Shown here: positions 19,994 to 29,984 of the stretch, one piece after another
Numbering within the stretch: the stretch's first letter is position 1
Layout of the letters: the number at the start of each line of letters is the position of its first letter
From: Patescibacteria group bacterium
Lineage (GTDB): Bacteria > Patescibacteriota > Patescibacteriia > Veblenbacterales > UBA10138
Direction: 5' to 3'
NCBI GenBank assembly: GCA_041648575.1
Contig: JBAZOT010000006.1
Coordinates: 11,893-75,892, forward strand
Length of the DNA stretch: 64,000 nt
Made by a program: the position numbers and the translations under genes
Notes under the pieces: generated by a model
Seen by the model: the letters and a program-made list of their open reading frames with translations, nothing else
Database searches by the model: none
Told to the model about the DNA's origin: nothing

Positions 19994-20266
19994 TCACTTA
20001 ATTCTGATTCCCCTGCCATAAATTATCCCTTGAGCTATTTTTTGATAAGCTGACGATAAAATTCTTTGAAAAGTACTTTGGGAAGTTTTCATTTTATAAG
20101 CTGCTTGTGTTTGCTCCAATCCCAAAATATTTTTTAAACGAATTGCCTCTGCTTCTTCTCGCGTTATTTCCACCATATTAAAAAAACCTACACGTTTACC
20201 GTATGGCGCAAACACTGTAACTCGTGGCGAAAAAAGTATGCGTCGCCATTTTTTTGGCCTAGCCAT
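19994..20266 (-). CDS. DUF134/UPF0251-type small DNA-binding protein
   Basis: Characteristic N-terminus MARPKKWRRI..F.P...F.P.G followed by an HTH-like region. 90 aa. Confidence 0.55.
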   Translation of the reverse strand: MARPKKWRRILFSPRVTVFAPYGKRVGFFNMVEITREEAEAIRLKNILGLEQTQAAYKMKTSQSTFQRILSSAYQKIAQGIIYGRGIRIK

Positions 20267-20589
20267 ATTTTGATTTTAGATTTTTATCTTGGTGTATTAA
20301 GTCAGCAAGCTTCTAATGTGCGATTTTGAGACTATAATTCTTCTTACCTTTAGGGTTGCGCCAAAAAACCGAACAATCTATTGGTTGAATAGTTGGTTGA
20401 ACTATAGTTGTTTCATTATTATTACGACCGCTGACAAAATTTCGTTTAAAGTTACTATTGCTGCTATAGAAGGAAAAACTACGAAACTTAATATTATTAA
20501 TATATGACATATACTTCCCTGTGGATAAAGTTAAATACCTATTATGAATATATACCCATAACTAAATTCTGTCAAATATCAACAAAAAC

Positions 20590-20705
20590 CATAATGAAAC
20601 TCCACGCCCTTACGGACGTGGTTTCTTTATATTTCAAGCTTCGCTTGTCCAATAGTTTTAACTATTGAAGGTGCCACTTTATCCACGCCTTAACAGGCGT
20701 GGTTT
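20590..20705 (+). ncRNA. Two tandem stem-loops each followed by a T-run (candidate small RNA 3' end or tandem plus-strand terminators)
   Basis: AACTCCACGCCCTTACGGACGTGGTTTCTTT and ATCCACGCCTTAACAGGCGTGGTTTTAG, both with the T-run on the plus strand. No plus-strand CDS upstream except implausible 63-65 aa overlapping ORFs. Confidence 0.3.
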
Positions 20706-20732
20706 TAGTTAAGGTATTGAAGGCATATAAAA

Positions 20733-20771
20733 AATCACCCCGATCCGCCATTGGCGGATATCGGGGTGATT
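20733..20771 (-). terminator. Rho-independent terminator of hup
   Basis: Inverted repeat AATCACCCCGAT CCGCC ATT GGCGG ATATCGGGGTGATT (17-bp stem) followed on the minus strand by TTTTTTATA, 20 bp past the hup stop. Confidence 0.7.
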
Positions 20772-20791
20772 AAGTCTAAATATTCTAAAAT

Positions 20792-21076
20792 TTAGAGAAT
20801 TGCGTCTTTGGCTTGTTTAGACATTCTGAACTTAACTACTGTTTTTGCTGGAATCTGAATAGTGGCTCCAGTTGCTGGATTGCGACCTTGTCTGGCAGCG
20901 CGATTCTTTTTAACTAGCTTACCCAAACCTGGGAGGGTAAATTCACCCGACTTTTTAGTCTCGCTATATGCGAGCGTTACTATAGCATCAATCATATCTG
21001 ATGCCTCTTTACGAGTCTTGCCCATTTTTTCAGCAAGAGCTTGTAAAACTTGTGATTTTGTCATGCCTTTGGCCAT
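20792..21076 (-). CDS. hup: HU/IHF-family nucleoid DNA-binding protein
   Basis: 94 aa, MAKGMTKSQVLQALAEK...FTLPGLGKL...RNPATGATIQIPAKTVVKFR (arm and body signatures of HU). Confidence 0.9.
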   Translation of the reverse strand: MAKGMTKSQVLQALAEKMGKTRKEASDMIDAIVTLAYSETKKSGEFTLPGLGKLVKKNRAARQGRNPATGATIQIPAKTVVKFRMSKQAKDAIL

Positions 21077-21258
21077 ATTTTTTTCTCCTGTTTAATGATT
21101 AATTATTAAGATTATCAAGGATTTTTGTTATCCCCATTACATCAATATAGCACAAAACCCTTATTTATGTGTAGAAAATTAACACCAATATGTACTGGGG
21201 ATATGTAAATATGGATAATTTTAGCTAAAATTAGCAAAATTTATTATTAAGTACTCTT

Positions 21259-21891
21259 TTATTTAAATCCCAAATATTTCTTTATAAACCCCCATAACCG
21301 CAGACGATAATCTTTGTCTTTTACTACATGAATAAAGGTCGGTAATAAAGAAGTCAGAATAATTAGAATAATAATGGGCCATAAATACCGATCAATGCCA
21401 GGAACAATACTGCCTAAAAAATAACCAACCAACGTTACTCCAATGGCCCACAAAATCCCGCCAATTATATTGTACGACAAAAAATAACTATACTTCATTT
21501 TACCCACCCCAGCTAAAATAGGAGCAAAAGTACGAATAATAGGAATAAAACGGGCAATAATGATCGTTTTACCTCCATGCTCATCAAAAAAATGTTTGGC
21601 GCGTTCCAATTGCTCAGGATGAAATAAAAATGATTTCGGCCGATTGAAAATTCTTGGTCCAATCCGATAACCAAAGGCATAACCCACGCTATCCCCCACT
21701 ACTGCGGCAATAAATGTACCAGTAATCAACAACCAAATATTTAACCAACCTTGCGATGCTAATAATCCGGCAGTAAATAATAAACTATCTCCTGGCAGGA
21801 AAAAACCAAAAAACAATCCTGATTCAGCAAAAATAATACCAAATAATCCAGCGTAACCAACGGTTTTTATAATCATTACTAAATCAAACAT
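21259..21891 (-). CDS. DedA/SNARE-associated family membrane protein
   Basis: GLFGIIFAESGLFFGFFLPGDSLLFTAGLLA DedA signature. 210 aa. Confidence 0.8.
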   Translation of the reverse strand: MFDLVMIIKTVGYAGLFGIIFAESGLFFGFFLPGDSLLFTAGLLASQGWLNIWLLITGTFIAAVVGDSVGYAFGYRIGPRIFNRPKSFLFHPEQLERAKHFFDEHGGKTIIIARFIPIIRTFAPILAGVGKMKYSYFLSYNIIGGILWAIGVTLVGYFLGSIVPGIDRYLWPIIILIILTSLLPTFIHVVKDKDYRLRLWGFIKKYLGFK

Positions 21892-21968
21892 AATTAAATA
21901 TATGGTAACACTTACTAGGTAAAAAAGGTAATCTGAAAAATACTAGACACAAAAATTAATCATCACTT

Positions 21969-22102
21969 GTCATTGCGAGCCTGCCTGCCGGTAGGCAGGG
22001 ATTCCCGTCTAACAGGTCGACGAAGCAATCCCGAAGGTTGCAAGCTTAAGCGAAGCAATCTCCAGAGATTGCCACGCTTCACTTCGTTTCGCTCGCAATG
22101 AC
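21969..22102. mobile_element. MITE-like structured element with 12-bp terminal inverted repeats GTCATTGCGAGC/GCTCGCAATGAC
   Basis: 134 bp. Contains the 21-bp CCTGCCTGCCGGTAGGCAGGG hairpin and a perfect GCAATCT-CCAG-AGATTGC hairpin (its partner GAAGCAATC..TTGC is imperfect). Partial copy of the same TIR at about 46990-47005. Confidence 0.5.
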
Positions 22103-22172
22103 ACGATCAACTAGCCAATGCACTCTTTCTAGTGGTATATTTTAACTATCTAACAAATTAACAAAATTATCT

Positions 22173-22538
22173 ATGGCCTGTTTTTTAGCGCCCACTACAG
22201 CGGCAATCATTGTTACTATATTTAAGAAAAAAATTGCTGCCAAATTTAACATTAAGTGGCTACAGATTATGCTTTGGGGAGGAGTAGCTTGGTTAATACC
22301 AGAACATATTTATCATGGTGAAATTATTTTTTACCCTCCTTTTTTTACTGCTGGTTTCACTGAAATAATATCTGAAGTTATCAGGGTAGGAATACCTATG
22401 GTAATGGCCACGGTCACAGTTTGGGTGATTATGACTATGTTTTCTGTTTTGTTTCAAAAAAACAAGCTTCGAGCAAATTCATTTTATCTTTTTATCTCCG
22501 GCGCTGTGATTATGGTTTTGATTGATAGAATATTGTGA
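22173..22538 (+). CDS. Small polytopic membrane protein
   Basis: 121 aa, 3-4 TM helices, plus strand facing divergent dedA. Confidence 0.35.
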   Translation: MACFLAPTTAAIIVTIFKKKIAAKFNIKWLQIMLWGGVAWLIPEHIYHGEIIFYPPFFTAGFTEIISEVIRVGIPMVMATVTVWVIMTMFSVLFQKNKLRANSFYLFISGAVIMVLIDRIL

Positions 22539-22637
22539 AGATAAACATTTAGGCAAAGTTTTTAAAAATCATAATACTATAGCTAAAAATTTTATCCACT
22601 AAACGATAAAATTATTATAACTTATATAGTTTATAAA

Positions 22638-24815
22638 TTATTTAGCGCGGTATATACGTAAGCTATTTGATACAACAGATACGCTAGAAGCAGCCATAGC
22701 AGCAGCTGCTACCATAGGATTAAGAAAACCAAAGGCCGCTAATGGTATGGCTGCCACATTATAAGCAAAAGCCCAAAATAAATTCTGTTGAATGGTTCGA
22801 AATGTTCGACGAGATAATTGAATTGCCTCAGCCGCTTTTATGGGATTTGATTGCATCAGTACAATACTACCCGCCTCCATGGCTACATCCGTACCATTTC
22901 CCATTGCGATCCCTAAGTCAGCCTGAGCTAGGGCGGGTGCGTCATTTATACCATCACCAACAAAAGCAACTTTACTACCTTGAGCTTGCAACTCTTTAAC
23001 TTTAATTGCCTTATCCTGTGGTAATACTTCAGCCACTACCTGTTTAATTCCAAGTTCGTGAGCAACCGCTTCAGCGGTTCGTGTATTATCACCTGACAAC
23101 ATCACGGTTCTAATACCAAGTCTGGTAAGCTCAATAATTGCTTGCCTGGCTTCTGGTTTTACAGCATCTGCTACTGAAATCACACCAGCTGGTTTATCGT
23201 TAATGCTTATACCAAATGCTGTTTCTCCCTTTTTTTGTCTTTCCTCAACCTCTGTTGTTAGTGGATCAATTTTAACACCTAGTTGTTTTAAAAATGACAG
23301 TGTGCCAATTGCTACAACCTGCTTATTAACAACCCCTTTCACACCACCACCAGGTATAGCAGCAAAACCACTAACCGGCATAAACTTGAGCTTATGTTCG
23401 TTTGCCACATAACGTGCTACGGCTTGAGCTAAGGGATGCTCTGAAGCGTGCTCAACACTACCTGCTAAGGTTAATAAGTAATTTTCACTAATATCAGATG
23501 TGGACCAGACATAACGAACTGCCGGTCGCCCTTGAGTCAGGGTTCCGGTTTTATCAAATACTACTACATCAATTTTTTTGGCCCGCTCAAATGCTTCACC
23601 ATTCTTAACCAAAATACCCCGTTTAGCTCCTAAACCTGTACCAACCATAATTGCTGTCGGAGTTGCCAGTCCCAAAGCACAAGGACAGGCAATTACTAGT
23701 ACTGCCACTGCTGGTATAATAGCCTGTGTTATATCACCAGTTGTTAAATACCAACAGACTACTGTTATTACAGCAATAGCTAATACTATAGGCACAAAAA
23801 TACCTGCTACACGATCGGCTAATTTTTGTATTGGCGCCTTCTTGGTTTGGGCATCAGCTACTAGTTTAACAATCTGTGCTAAGATTGTTCCTTCGCCCAC
23901 ACGCTCAATACGTACTTTAATAAAACCATTAATATTAAGTGTCGCGCCATATACCCGATCACCCGATTGCTTATCAACTGGAATAGATTCTCCAGTCAAC
24001 ATAGATTCGTCCATAGCTGCCACTCCTTCAATAATTACTCCATCGCTAGGAACTTTTTCACCAGGTCGCACCATTACCACATCTCCAAGTTTAAGCTCCT
24101 CAATTGTCACCTCTACTTCTGAACCATTTTTATACAACCGCGCTTTTTTAGCTCCTAATTCCATAAGTTTCATTATAGCTGCGCTGGCCTGCCCAGTACT
24201 TCTGACTTCGAAGTATTTACCTAATAAAATTAAGGCAGTAATAATAGCACCAGTCTCAAAGTACACATGTTGCTCACCCGCAAAAATACTCCAAATACTA
24301 AACACTAAGGCGGCTAATGTACCTAAAGAAACCAGACTATCCATACCAGGACGTAAACGTTTAAGTTCTTTTATCAACCCAACATGAAACTTCCATCCAA
24401 ACACCATAATAACGAAGGTACTTGTAGCGGCAACCAACCACATAGATAACAGCACGCCACCTATCGCTGGTCCAAATGAAAAACCAGACATACTAAATGC
24501 CGCCACTGGTAAAGCAAATACTAATGCCCAGACAGCACGACGGCTAATTGATTTGAGCCCGACACTAAGGTGGGTTGTATGATCAGATCCATCATGTTCT
24601 GAATTAGGTTTAGAGACATCATAACCAGCTCGACGCACTGCTTGATGTAAACTATATTCAGTAGCGTTCTTTTCATCAAACGTTACAGTGGCCTGTTTCA
24701 ACACAAAATTAACTGAAGCATCAACCACTCCTGGAACCTCTTTGAGTGAATCCTCATTCAACACTACACAACTAGCGCAATGCATACCGGATATTGGAAA
24801 TGTTATAGTTTTCAT
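22638..24815 (-). CDS. copA: Copper-translocating P1B-type ATPase
   Basis: N-terminal HMA (GMHCASCV), CPC motif [30 protein letters not shown] dipeptide (SEHPLA). Confidence 0.9.
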   Translation of the reverse strand: MKTITFPISGMHCASCVVLNEDSLKEVPGVVDASVNFVLKQATVTFDEKNATEYSLHQAVRRAGYDVSKPNSEHDGSDHTTHLSVGLKSISRRAVWALVFALPVAAFSMSGFSFGPAIGGVLLSMWLVAATSTFVIMVFGWKFHVGLIKELKRLRPGMDSLVSLGTLAALVFSIWSIFAGEQHVYFETGAIITALILLGKYFEVRSTGQASAAIMKLMELGAKKARLYKNGSEVEVTIEELKLGDVVMVRPGEKVPSDGVIIEGVAAMDESMLTGESIPVDKQSGDRVYGATLNINGFIKVRIERVGEGTILAQIVKLVADAQTKKAPIQKLADRVAGIFVPIVLAIAVITVVCWYLTTGDITQAIIPAVAVLVIACPCALGLATPTAIMVGTGLGAKRGILVKNGEAFERAKKIDVVVFDKTGTLTQGRPAVRYVWSTSDISENYLLTLAGSVEHASEHPLAQAVARYVANEHKLKFMPVSGFAAIPGGGVKGVVNKQVVAIGTLSFLKQLGVKIDPLTTEVEERQKKGETAFGISINDKPAGVISVADAVKPEARQAIIELTRLGIRTVMLSGDNTRTAEAVAHELGIKQVVAEVLPQDKAIKVKELQAQGSKVAFVGDGINDAPALAQADLGIAMGNGTDVAMEAGSIVLMQSNPIKAAEAIQLSRRTFRTIQQNLFWAFAYNVAAIPLAAFGFLNPMVAAAAMAASSVSVVSNSLRIYRAK

Positions 24816-24821
24816 ATAAAA

Positions 24822-26255
24822 TTAAATGCAACTTGCTTTAGTAGGATCACAATCGCTGACGGTATTATCCGGTAATGGAACTCCCGCTGGAATCGGACGC
24901 TTAGCAGCCGGGAGTATTGTAAAACTACCAGTATACATTCCCATAGGACAACGAAAAATGTATTGCCCAGTTCCACGAGGTGTAAATTCAACAACATTGA
25001 GTCCTTGTTTAACAGATTGAATAATATTAAAATCTGGTAACTCAATAATGCTCTGACAACCGTAAGTATTAACTCCGGTAATTTCCCAACGTACCGGCAG
25101 ACCGGCGTGTATAGTAAAATGATTCGGCGAGTACCCGCGTGCCACTACATTCATTTTTACCACCTGCACACCATCTACTACAGTTACGTTTGGATCCTGT
25201 ACTTCAACGACTTGCCGACTAGCAACATTCATTACATTCTCACGTGCTTGTATCAACTCAGTACTCAACCCCGTAAGATTGGCTCCATAATTAATATTAA
25301 TTAATCCCAGCGCAACCACCGCAGCGCCAGCCACAGTTGCCACTACTTTTTGCCATCTACCTTTTATAAAACTTGTAATTGCTCCTAAACTCATTAAAGC
25401 TGGCAATGTACCCAGGCTAAATACAAACATGGTGACTGCGCCTATACTTGCATCACCCCGAGTTAATACATAAAGTTGTAATGCTTGCGTAAATCCACAT
25501 GGCAAGAAAAACGTACCCGCACCCATGAGAAACGGCGCCCAAGCACGGGTATTACCTGCTGAATCATGTAAACGGTGAGCAATAAACTTAGGCGGCTGAA
25601 TAGTAAATCGTGAAAACCAAGGAAAAATGTTAAGGAGCCTAAGACCTAATAATATCATAGTTAAACTAGCGGCTAGCGTAACAATACCACTTCCCATTGA
25701 TGAAAGCGCCAAGACAGAACCCAAGGCACCTACGGCTGCACCCAATAAAGTGTACGAAACAATACGACCAAGATTAAAAAAAATATGAGGACGAAATTTT
25801 TGTCGACTTGTGGCTTCCGGGTGAGCCTGAGTATATGCCGTAGACACCGCCACAAGTAAACCACCAGTCACTGCTATACAACTAGATATTGCTGCCACTA
25901 ACCCCATTACAAACACTACACTAAGAGATAATTCCTCGCCGTTGACTAAATTAGGCGCTAGATTAAACCTACGGAACAACACGTAAACCGCTGCTATCAT
26001 GAGAATCACACCACCAATCCGCTTAAAACTAACTTTATCAGTTCTTGTTCCAGAAAGTATGCGATAGCCATGGATACCAATATGCCCATTCACAACCGTT
26101 AAATTGGGCTCATTATCACTCCAAATTTTAACCCATCCAGCTTGATTTGCTTTAACATTAGAAACGCCGGGCAATTTACGAACAGCACGTTCAATTATCA
26201 CCTCGCACGAAGCGCAATGCATTCCTTCTACATTATATTTGCGTTGTTGAGCCAT
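24822..26255 (-). CDS. HMA-domain membrane permease with C-terminal cupredoxin-like/metal-binding beta domain
   Basis: N-terminal heavy-metal-associated fold (EGMHCASCEV), 7-8 TM helices, C-terminal beta-rich domain with Cys/Met/His cluster (FRCPMGMYTG, TYGCQ). Stop is 3 bp from the copA start. Confidence 0.55.
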   Translation of the reverse strand: MAQQRKYNVEGMHCASCEVIIERAVRKLPGVSNVKANQAGWVKIWSDNEPNLTVVNGHIGIHGYRILSGTRTDKVSFKRIGGVILMIAAVYVLFRRFNLAPNLVNGEELSLSVVFVMGLVAAISSCIAVTGGLLVAVSTAYTQAHPEATSRQKFRPHIFFNLGRIVSYTLLGAAVGALGSVLALSSMGSGIVTLAASLTMILLGLRLLNIFPWFSRFTIQPPKFIAHRLHDSAGNTRAWAPFLMGAGTFFLPCGFTQALQLYVLTRGDASIGAVTMFVFSLGTLPALMSLGAITSFIKGRWQKVVATVAGAAVVALGLININYGANLTGLSTELIQARENVMNVASRQVVEVQDPNVTVVDGVQVVKMNVVARGYSPNHFTIHAGLPVRWEITGVNTYGCQSIIELPDFNIIQSVKQGLNVVEFTPRGTGQYIFRCPMGMYTGSFTILPAAKRPIPAGVPLPDNTVSDCDPTKASCI

Positions 26256-26257
26256 AA

Positions 26258-26710
26258 TTATGTCTTATGAAATAAATTCCGGCACCCGCTCCCACAAAAA
26301 AAATAGTTTTTTCCATCGCGCACTAAACTAGTTGCAGCTGAAGCCGGAGTCAATCTCATTCTACACACTGGATCAACGACTACCGTTAATTGTTCTGCTG
26401 CACGAGTAATTTTTTTTCCTAATCTTTCAAATAATACCTCGCGTACCAGATCTGCTGCTTTGGTAAAATTTTTATGCTTTATATGATAATATATTTCTTT
26501 ACCCCGCCTTTTCGTCTCTACTACTTTAAATTGTCGTAATACCATAAGGTGCTGTGACAGATTAGCCTGGGGCAAACCAAGCATTTTGACCATTTCACTA
26601 ACACTTAAACTTTGACCGCGTAACAGCTGCATTATCTCCAATCTTTTAGAGTTAGATAGGGCTTTTAGAAGCTTGGCATGTTGCTGAAAAATCTTTTGAT
26701 ACATATTCAA
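26258..26710 (-). CDS. ArsR/SmtB-family metalloregulator fused to a C-terminal YHS/TRASH metal-binding domain
   Basis: wHTH: LSNSKRLEIMQLL...LSVSEMVKMLGLPQANLSQHLMVLR. C-terminal VDPVCRM...YFFCGSGCRNLF (YHS-type Cys motif). First gene of the copper operon. Confidence 0.75.
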   Translation of the reverse strand: MNMYQKIFQQHAKLLKALSNSKRLEIMQLLRGQSLSVSEMVKMLGLPQANLSQHLMVLRQFKVVETKRRGKEIYYHIKHKNFTKAADLVREVLFERLGKKITRAAEQLTVVVDPVCRMRLTPASAATSLVRDGKNYFFCGSGCRNLFHKT

Positions 26711-26761
26711 TTATTAGAATATATCATGGCATAAAATATGTCAAGCAGCCCTTTCTAAAAC

Positions 26762-26825
26762 CAAAAACCACCCGATGAGGGTGGTTAAAGAGTACTGGTA
26801 GGGGCTGTGGAACGATGTTCGAACA
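26762..26825 (-). repeat. Cassette-array repeat R1 (terminator hairpin ACCACCCGATGAGGGTGGT + degenerate tRNA-Trp 3'-end-like module)
   Basis: CTGGTAGGGGCTGTGGAACGATGTTCGAAC aligns with the B-module of R2-R7. Abuts the stop codon of the PIN-like gene. Confidence 0.55.
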
Positions 26826-26828
26826 ATC

Positions 26829-27431
26829 TTAACTGACCAATTGGTTTGCATCTTGAGGGGCAGAATCTAATGGACTATGACCTGCTTCAGATAAATTTGA
26901 AGCTGTCTTGGAATAGTTTACATTTTTACCGACAAAAATAAAGTTAATTCCAAACTCCATACAGGCTATTTCAATCATAATGTCACCCGTACAAATTAAT
27001 ACATTTTTAGCAAATCTTTCTTTAAGCACTAAAGCGAGTGATACTAAACTCTTGTCAGCGCCACTATTACTTAACCAAAATAATCGTTTATCGTGAATTC
27101 TCTTCATATTTTCCGGAAAGAAATAAAGGATATCTCCGTTATCTAAATCAAACCCCTCAGAGAGTTTTTTCTCTTTATACCGTTGCATAAAACTAGTGGA
27201 AAAAATATCTGCGTTATCTTTGGTTGGACTAGTCACGGCTTTGGTATGTTTAACTGTATCTATTTCTAATAAAACATCGGGAATAAAAACAAACAGTTTT
27301 TTAATATTTGTATCACCACCCGGCCCAAATGCAGAATAATATTCTCGCCACTCTGGCTCATATAAAATAGCTGAAGTATCAATGATACATATTAAATCAA
27401 CCAAGAACCGGTTAATGTTCTCAAAATTCAT
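26829..27431 (-). CDS. PIN-like domain protein (putative nuclease), cassette 1
   Basis: N-terminal LICIIDTSAILYE (PIN strand-1 Asp), later acidic positions (LLEID, LDNGD, CTGD). 200 aa. Motif-level only. Confidence 0.4.
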   Translation of the reverse strand: MNFENINRFLVDLICIIDTSAILYEPEWREYYSAFGPGGDTNIKKLFVFIPDVLLEIDTVKHTKAVTSPTKDNADIFSTSFMQRYKEKKLSEGFDLDNGDILYFFPENMKRIHDKRLFWLSNSGADKSLVSLALVLKERFAKNVLICTGDIMIEIACMEFGINFIFVGKNVNYSKTASNLSEAGHSPLDSAPQDANQLVS

Positions 27432-27448
27432 GGATGCACAATTAATAA

Positions 27449-28162
27449 CTAAATTTTTATTCCCTTACTTTTTGCAAAATCAATAATATCTTTTATAGGA
27501 ACCCATATTGAAATTGCTACCCTAAATATATCTCCCTTATTAGGCTCTGATTGATTTAGAGTTTGTTCAACAACACGCCTTTGAACAATTGAGGCGTTGT
27601 GCATTCCAAACACCTTACCATTTCTAAGAAATCCCGGACTACCACTGGCTCCTGGATACATTAGAGCATCTGTCTCATAAGAATAAAAATTCTGATCGAC
27701 AAGTATAGTATTTTGGTAGCCAGATATACTTGCTCCTTGAAATCTTTCAAATAGATTAAATACGCCTGTATTTGGATGGATAGATGACAAAGGAAAACCC
27801 AACGATCCACAAGTGGTTCCAATGGGAATTTTATTCAGATAAAAGCTAACTACCTTCTTTGATCTAGGTTTTTCTATACGAATTAAAGCAATATCTCTTA
27901 CAAGATCTTCGCCGATATAAGTACACGACTCCATTTTTTTTCCAACATCACTCGCTAGAATTGCTTGAAAGTTAGTATACCTAGATTTTGTTCTATCACC
28001 TTGGATATGCACTACGTGTGCGGGAGTCACTAAGACACCTGGTGCAATCATAAAACCCGTTCCGGTGGTGGCAGTATATCCTTGGTTCAGTTGTGAAAAT
28101 GCCTTGATCCCATACAAGGACCTTCGTATTCTTGAACATGCCCATGGAAAAGTGTAAAACAT
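27449..28162 (-). CDS. Trypsin-like (S1/PA clan) serine peptidase, cassette 2
   Basis: GTGFMIAPGVLVTPAHVV (His), DIALIRI (Asp), PGASGSPGF (Ser, GDSGGP-like). 237 aa, no signal peptide evident. Confidence 0.65.
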   Translation of the reverse strand: MFYTFPWACSRIRRSLYGIKAFSQLNQGYTATTGTGFMIAPGVLVTPAHVVHIQGDRTKSRYTNFQAILASDVGKKMESCTYIGEDLVRDIALIRIEKPRSKKVVSFYLNKIPIGTTCGSLGFPLSSIHPNTGVFNLFERFQGASISGYQNTILVDQNFYSYETDALMYPGASGSPGFLRNGKVFGMHNASIVQRRVVEQTLNQSEPNKGDIFRVAISIWVPIKDIIDFAKSKGIKI

Positions 28163-28241
28163 AGTATTTATTAATAAGGTTTATATAAACCAAGTATAAC
28201 CATCTTAGGATTTTCGTCAAACCATATGAATAACAAACACT

Positions 28242-28736
28242 TCAATTTACATTCGTAGTATACTTACATTTCGGATAATTAGTGCATCCGTAAAACGAGC
28301 CAAATTTACCTTTTTTTTCCATTAAAGTACCGCCACAAGTAGGGCACACGCGAGGAGTAATGGGTGTGTTTATTTGAGAAATATCTTTTTCGGTCATCCG
28401 TATGTACTTGATTAATTGAAAACCATCAACGAGCTCAATTGGTTTGTCTTCAACAAACCTTTGGGCTTCTAATGTAAACTTATTTGTAGTAATGAAATAA
28501 CCCTTACCATTAGCAAGATTATTAGCCAGAGCACCATAAAAATCTCGCATGGCACCGAGTGTAACCTCTCTGGTAATAAACTTTTTACACTGAATATAAC
28601 TCGTTACCCCATCTTTTTGGATTACAACATCAATTCCGCCATCGTGCGATTTTCCAACGGCCTGTGTTTTATATCCGAGTTTAGAAAAAAGGTGAGCGAT
28701 ATAATTTTCAAACTCCGACGGTTTCATATTTTGCAA
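28242..28736 (-). CDS. Mrr-type restriction endonuclease catalytic domain fused to C-terminal topoisomerase-type C4 zinc ribbon, cassette 3
   Basis: FENYIAHLFSKLGY...SHDGGIDVVIQKDG...IQCKK (Mrr_cat D-(D/E)xK pattern). C-terminal CPTCGGTLMEKKGKFGSFYGCTNYPKCKY. Confidence 0.7.
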   Translation of the reverse strand: MQNMKPSEFENYIAHLFSKLGYKTQAVGKSHDGGIDVVIQKDGVTSYIQCKKFITREVTLGAMRDFYGALANNLANGKGYFITTNKFTLEAQRFVEDKPIELVDGFQLIKYIRMTEKDISQINTPITPRVCPTCGGTLMEKKGKFGSFYGCTNYPKCKYTTNVN

Positions 28737-29067
28737 CCATTGTAAAAGTTGCTGGTCAGAACGCCACTTAGCCCCTTCGGCAAAACGATTATCAGTTCGC
28801 CAACGATTAAATAAAATTGGTCCAAACTCGGAAAGTATCCATAAAACGAGAAGCCCTAACCAAAGTGGCCACCATGATAAAAAAATTCTTAGGAGACCTT
28901 AGTAAAGGCTTTGATTAAAGTCAATCATAGAATTTGTGTGTTTTAAAGATAAACACAAAGCCCTTGTCCAGCCAGGCCTTGCGACCCCATACCCCTTTCG
29001 AGATATGACCAACGGATGATGACTGTAGTTCAAACAACCATACCATTTGATGTATTCAACTCCTAAA

Positions 29068-29215
29068 ACTGGCAGTTTTGCCGTTTGGCAGGGTATCGTA
29101 GAGGATGTTAGAACCGCAATCCAGCAACAACAAGGGCATATTTACATACCTGATTTAAGACTAGAAACAATAAAGGTATAATCTACCCCACCCTGCTACT
29201 CACTATTGTTTTAGA
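29068..29215 (-). repeat. Cassette-array repeat R2
   Basis: TTGGCAGGGTATCGTAGAGGATGTTAGAACC (B), ACCTGATTTAAGAC (D), TACCCCACCCTGCTACTCACTATTGTTTTAG (E). Confidence 0.55.
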
Positions 29216-29305
29216 TGGGATTGAGCTTGACTTTTTGAGCTATTCAAGTAAAATTTAACTAATTAAATTGAACCTTGAAAACTGAATATTAGAAAGGGTA
29301 AAAAA

Positions 29306-29938
29306 GTGAACATCAAACTAACAGGACTTCGTGTGCTGAAGTTAATTATGTATACCATTATTTGGGTGATAGGTTTGATAGTATTGTTACTTTTCATCGG
29401 CTTTCTGAACTATAATCTACATTTTGGTAAAACCACTAACCTATACGTTGGAATCATTGCGGTCGGTGGGTATATCACGCTAACCGTATACAGCTTGAGC
29501 AAGATAGGCAAAATAGGAGTAATGATTTACTACGTATTGTGGGTTATCGCCTTACCCATCATTCTCCAAAATGTTCATACCTACTGCATCGAACACAATA
29601 TACGATATGGTAAGAATGATTTAATAATCGTTATTACGTTCCTAGTGTACATTGCCACTACAACAATACTGCCACTAATCTTGTGGCCGGGAAGGAAGTA
29701 TGACATGTACACAACTGAAGCTATAGCTAAAATAGCAGCCGGTGGGATATTTAGTCTCCCATACTACGCTTTTGTGGGTATCGGCCAAGGTATTCTTATG
29801 TTATTAAGGTTTTTAGGCCTTATCATTGCTGGTGTATTTGAATTAGCGATAATAATATTAAGTATAATAGGTAGTATTATTGGTTGGAGTATAGCCATAA
29901 TGTTCATTATTATCGTAATAGGCATAATATGTCACTAA
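29306..29938 (+). CDS. Polytopic membrane protein, cassette 4 (plus strand)
   Basis: 210 aa, 6 TM helices. Own hairpin+T-run terminator at 29947-29978 (AATCCCAGCTT..AAGTTGGGATTTTTT). Confidence 0.4.
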   Translation: MNIKLTGLRVLKLIMYTIIWVIGLIVLLLFIGFLNYNLHFGKTTNLYVGIIAVGGYITLTVYSLSKIGKIGVMIYYVLWVIALPIILQNVHTYCIEHNIRYGKNDLIIVITFLVYIATTTILPLILWPGRKYDMYTTEAIAKIAAGGIFSLPYYAFVGIGQGILMLLRFLGLIIAGVFELAIIILSIIGSIIGWSIAIMFIIIVIGIICH

Positions 29939-29984
29939 TATAATCTAATCCCAGCTTAAAAATAAGTTGGGATTTTTTATTCAC

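Noticed and set aside
20313-20510. Mutually overlapping 63/65-aa ORFs on both strands
   Set aside because: No RBS, no motifs, and they overlap each other completely. The region is more likely the 5' part of a small RNA or an intergenic spacer.
23578-24387. 269-aa plus-strand ORF and other 60-90-aa ORFs antisense to copA / HMA-permease
   Set aside because: They are antisense to strongly supported genes, with low-complexity A/T/S/P composition typical of antisense frames.
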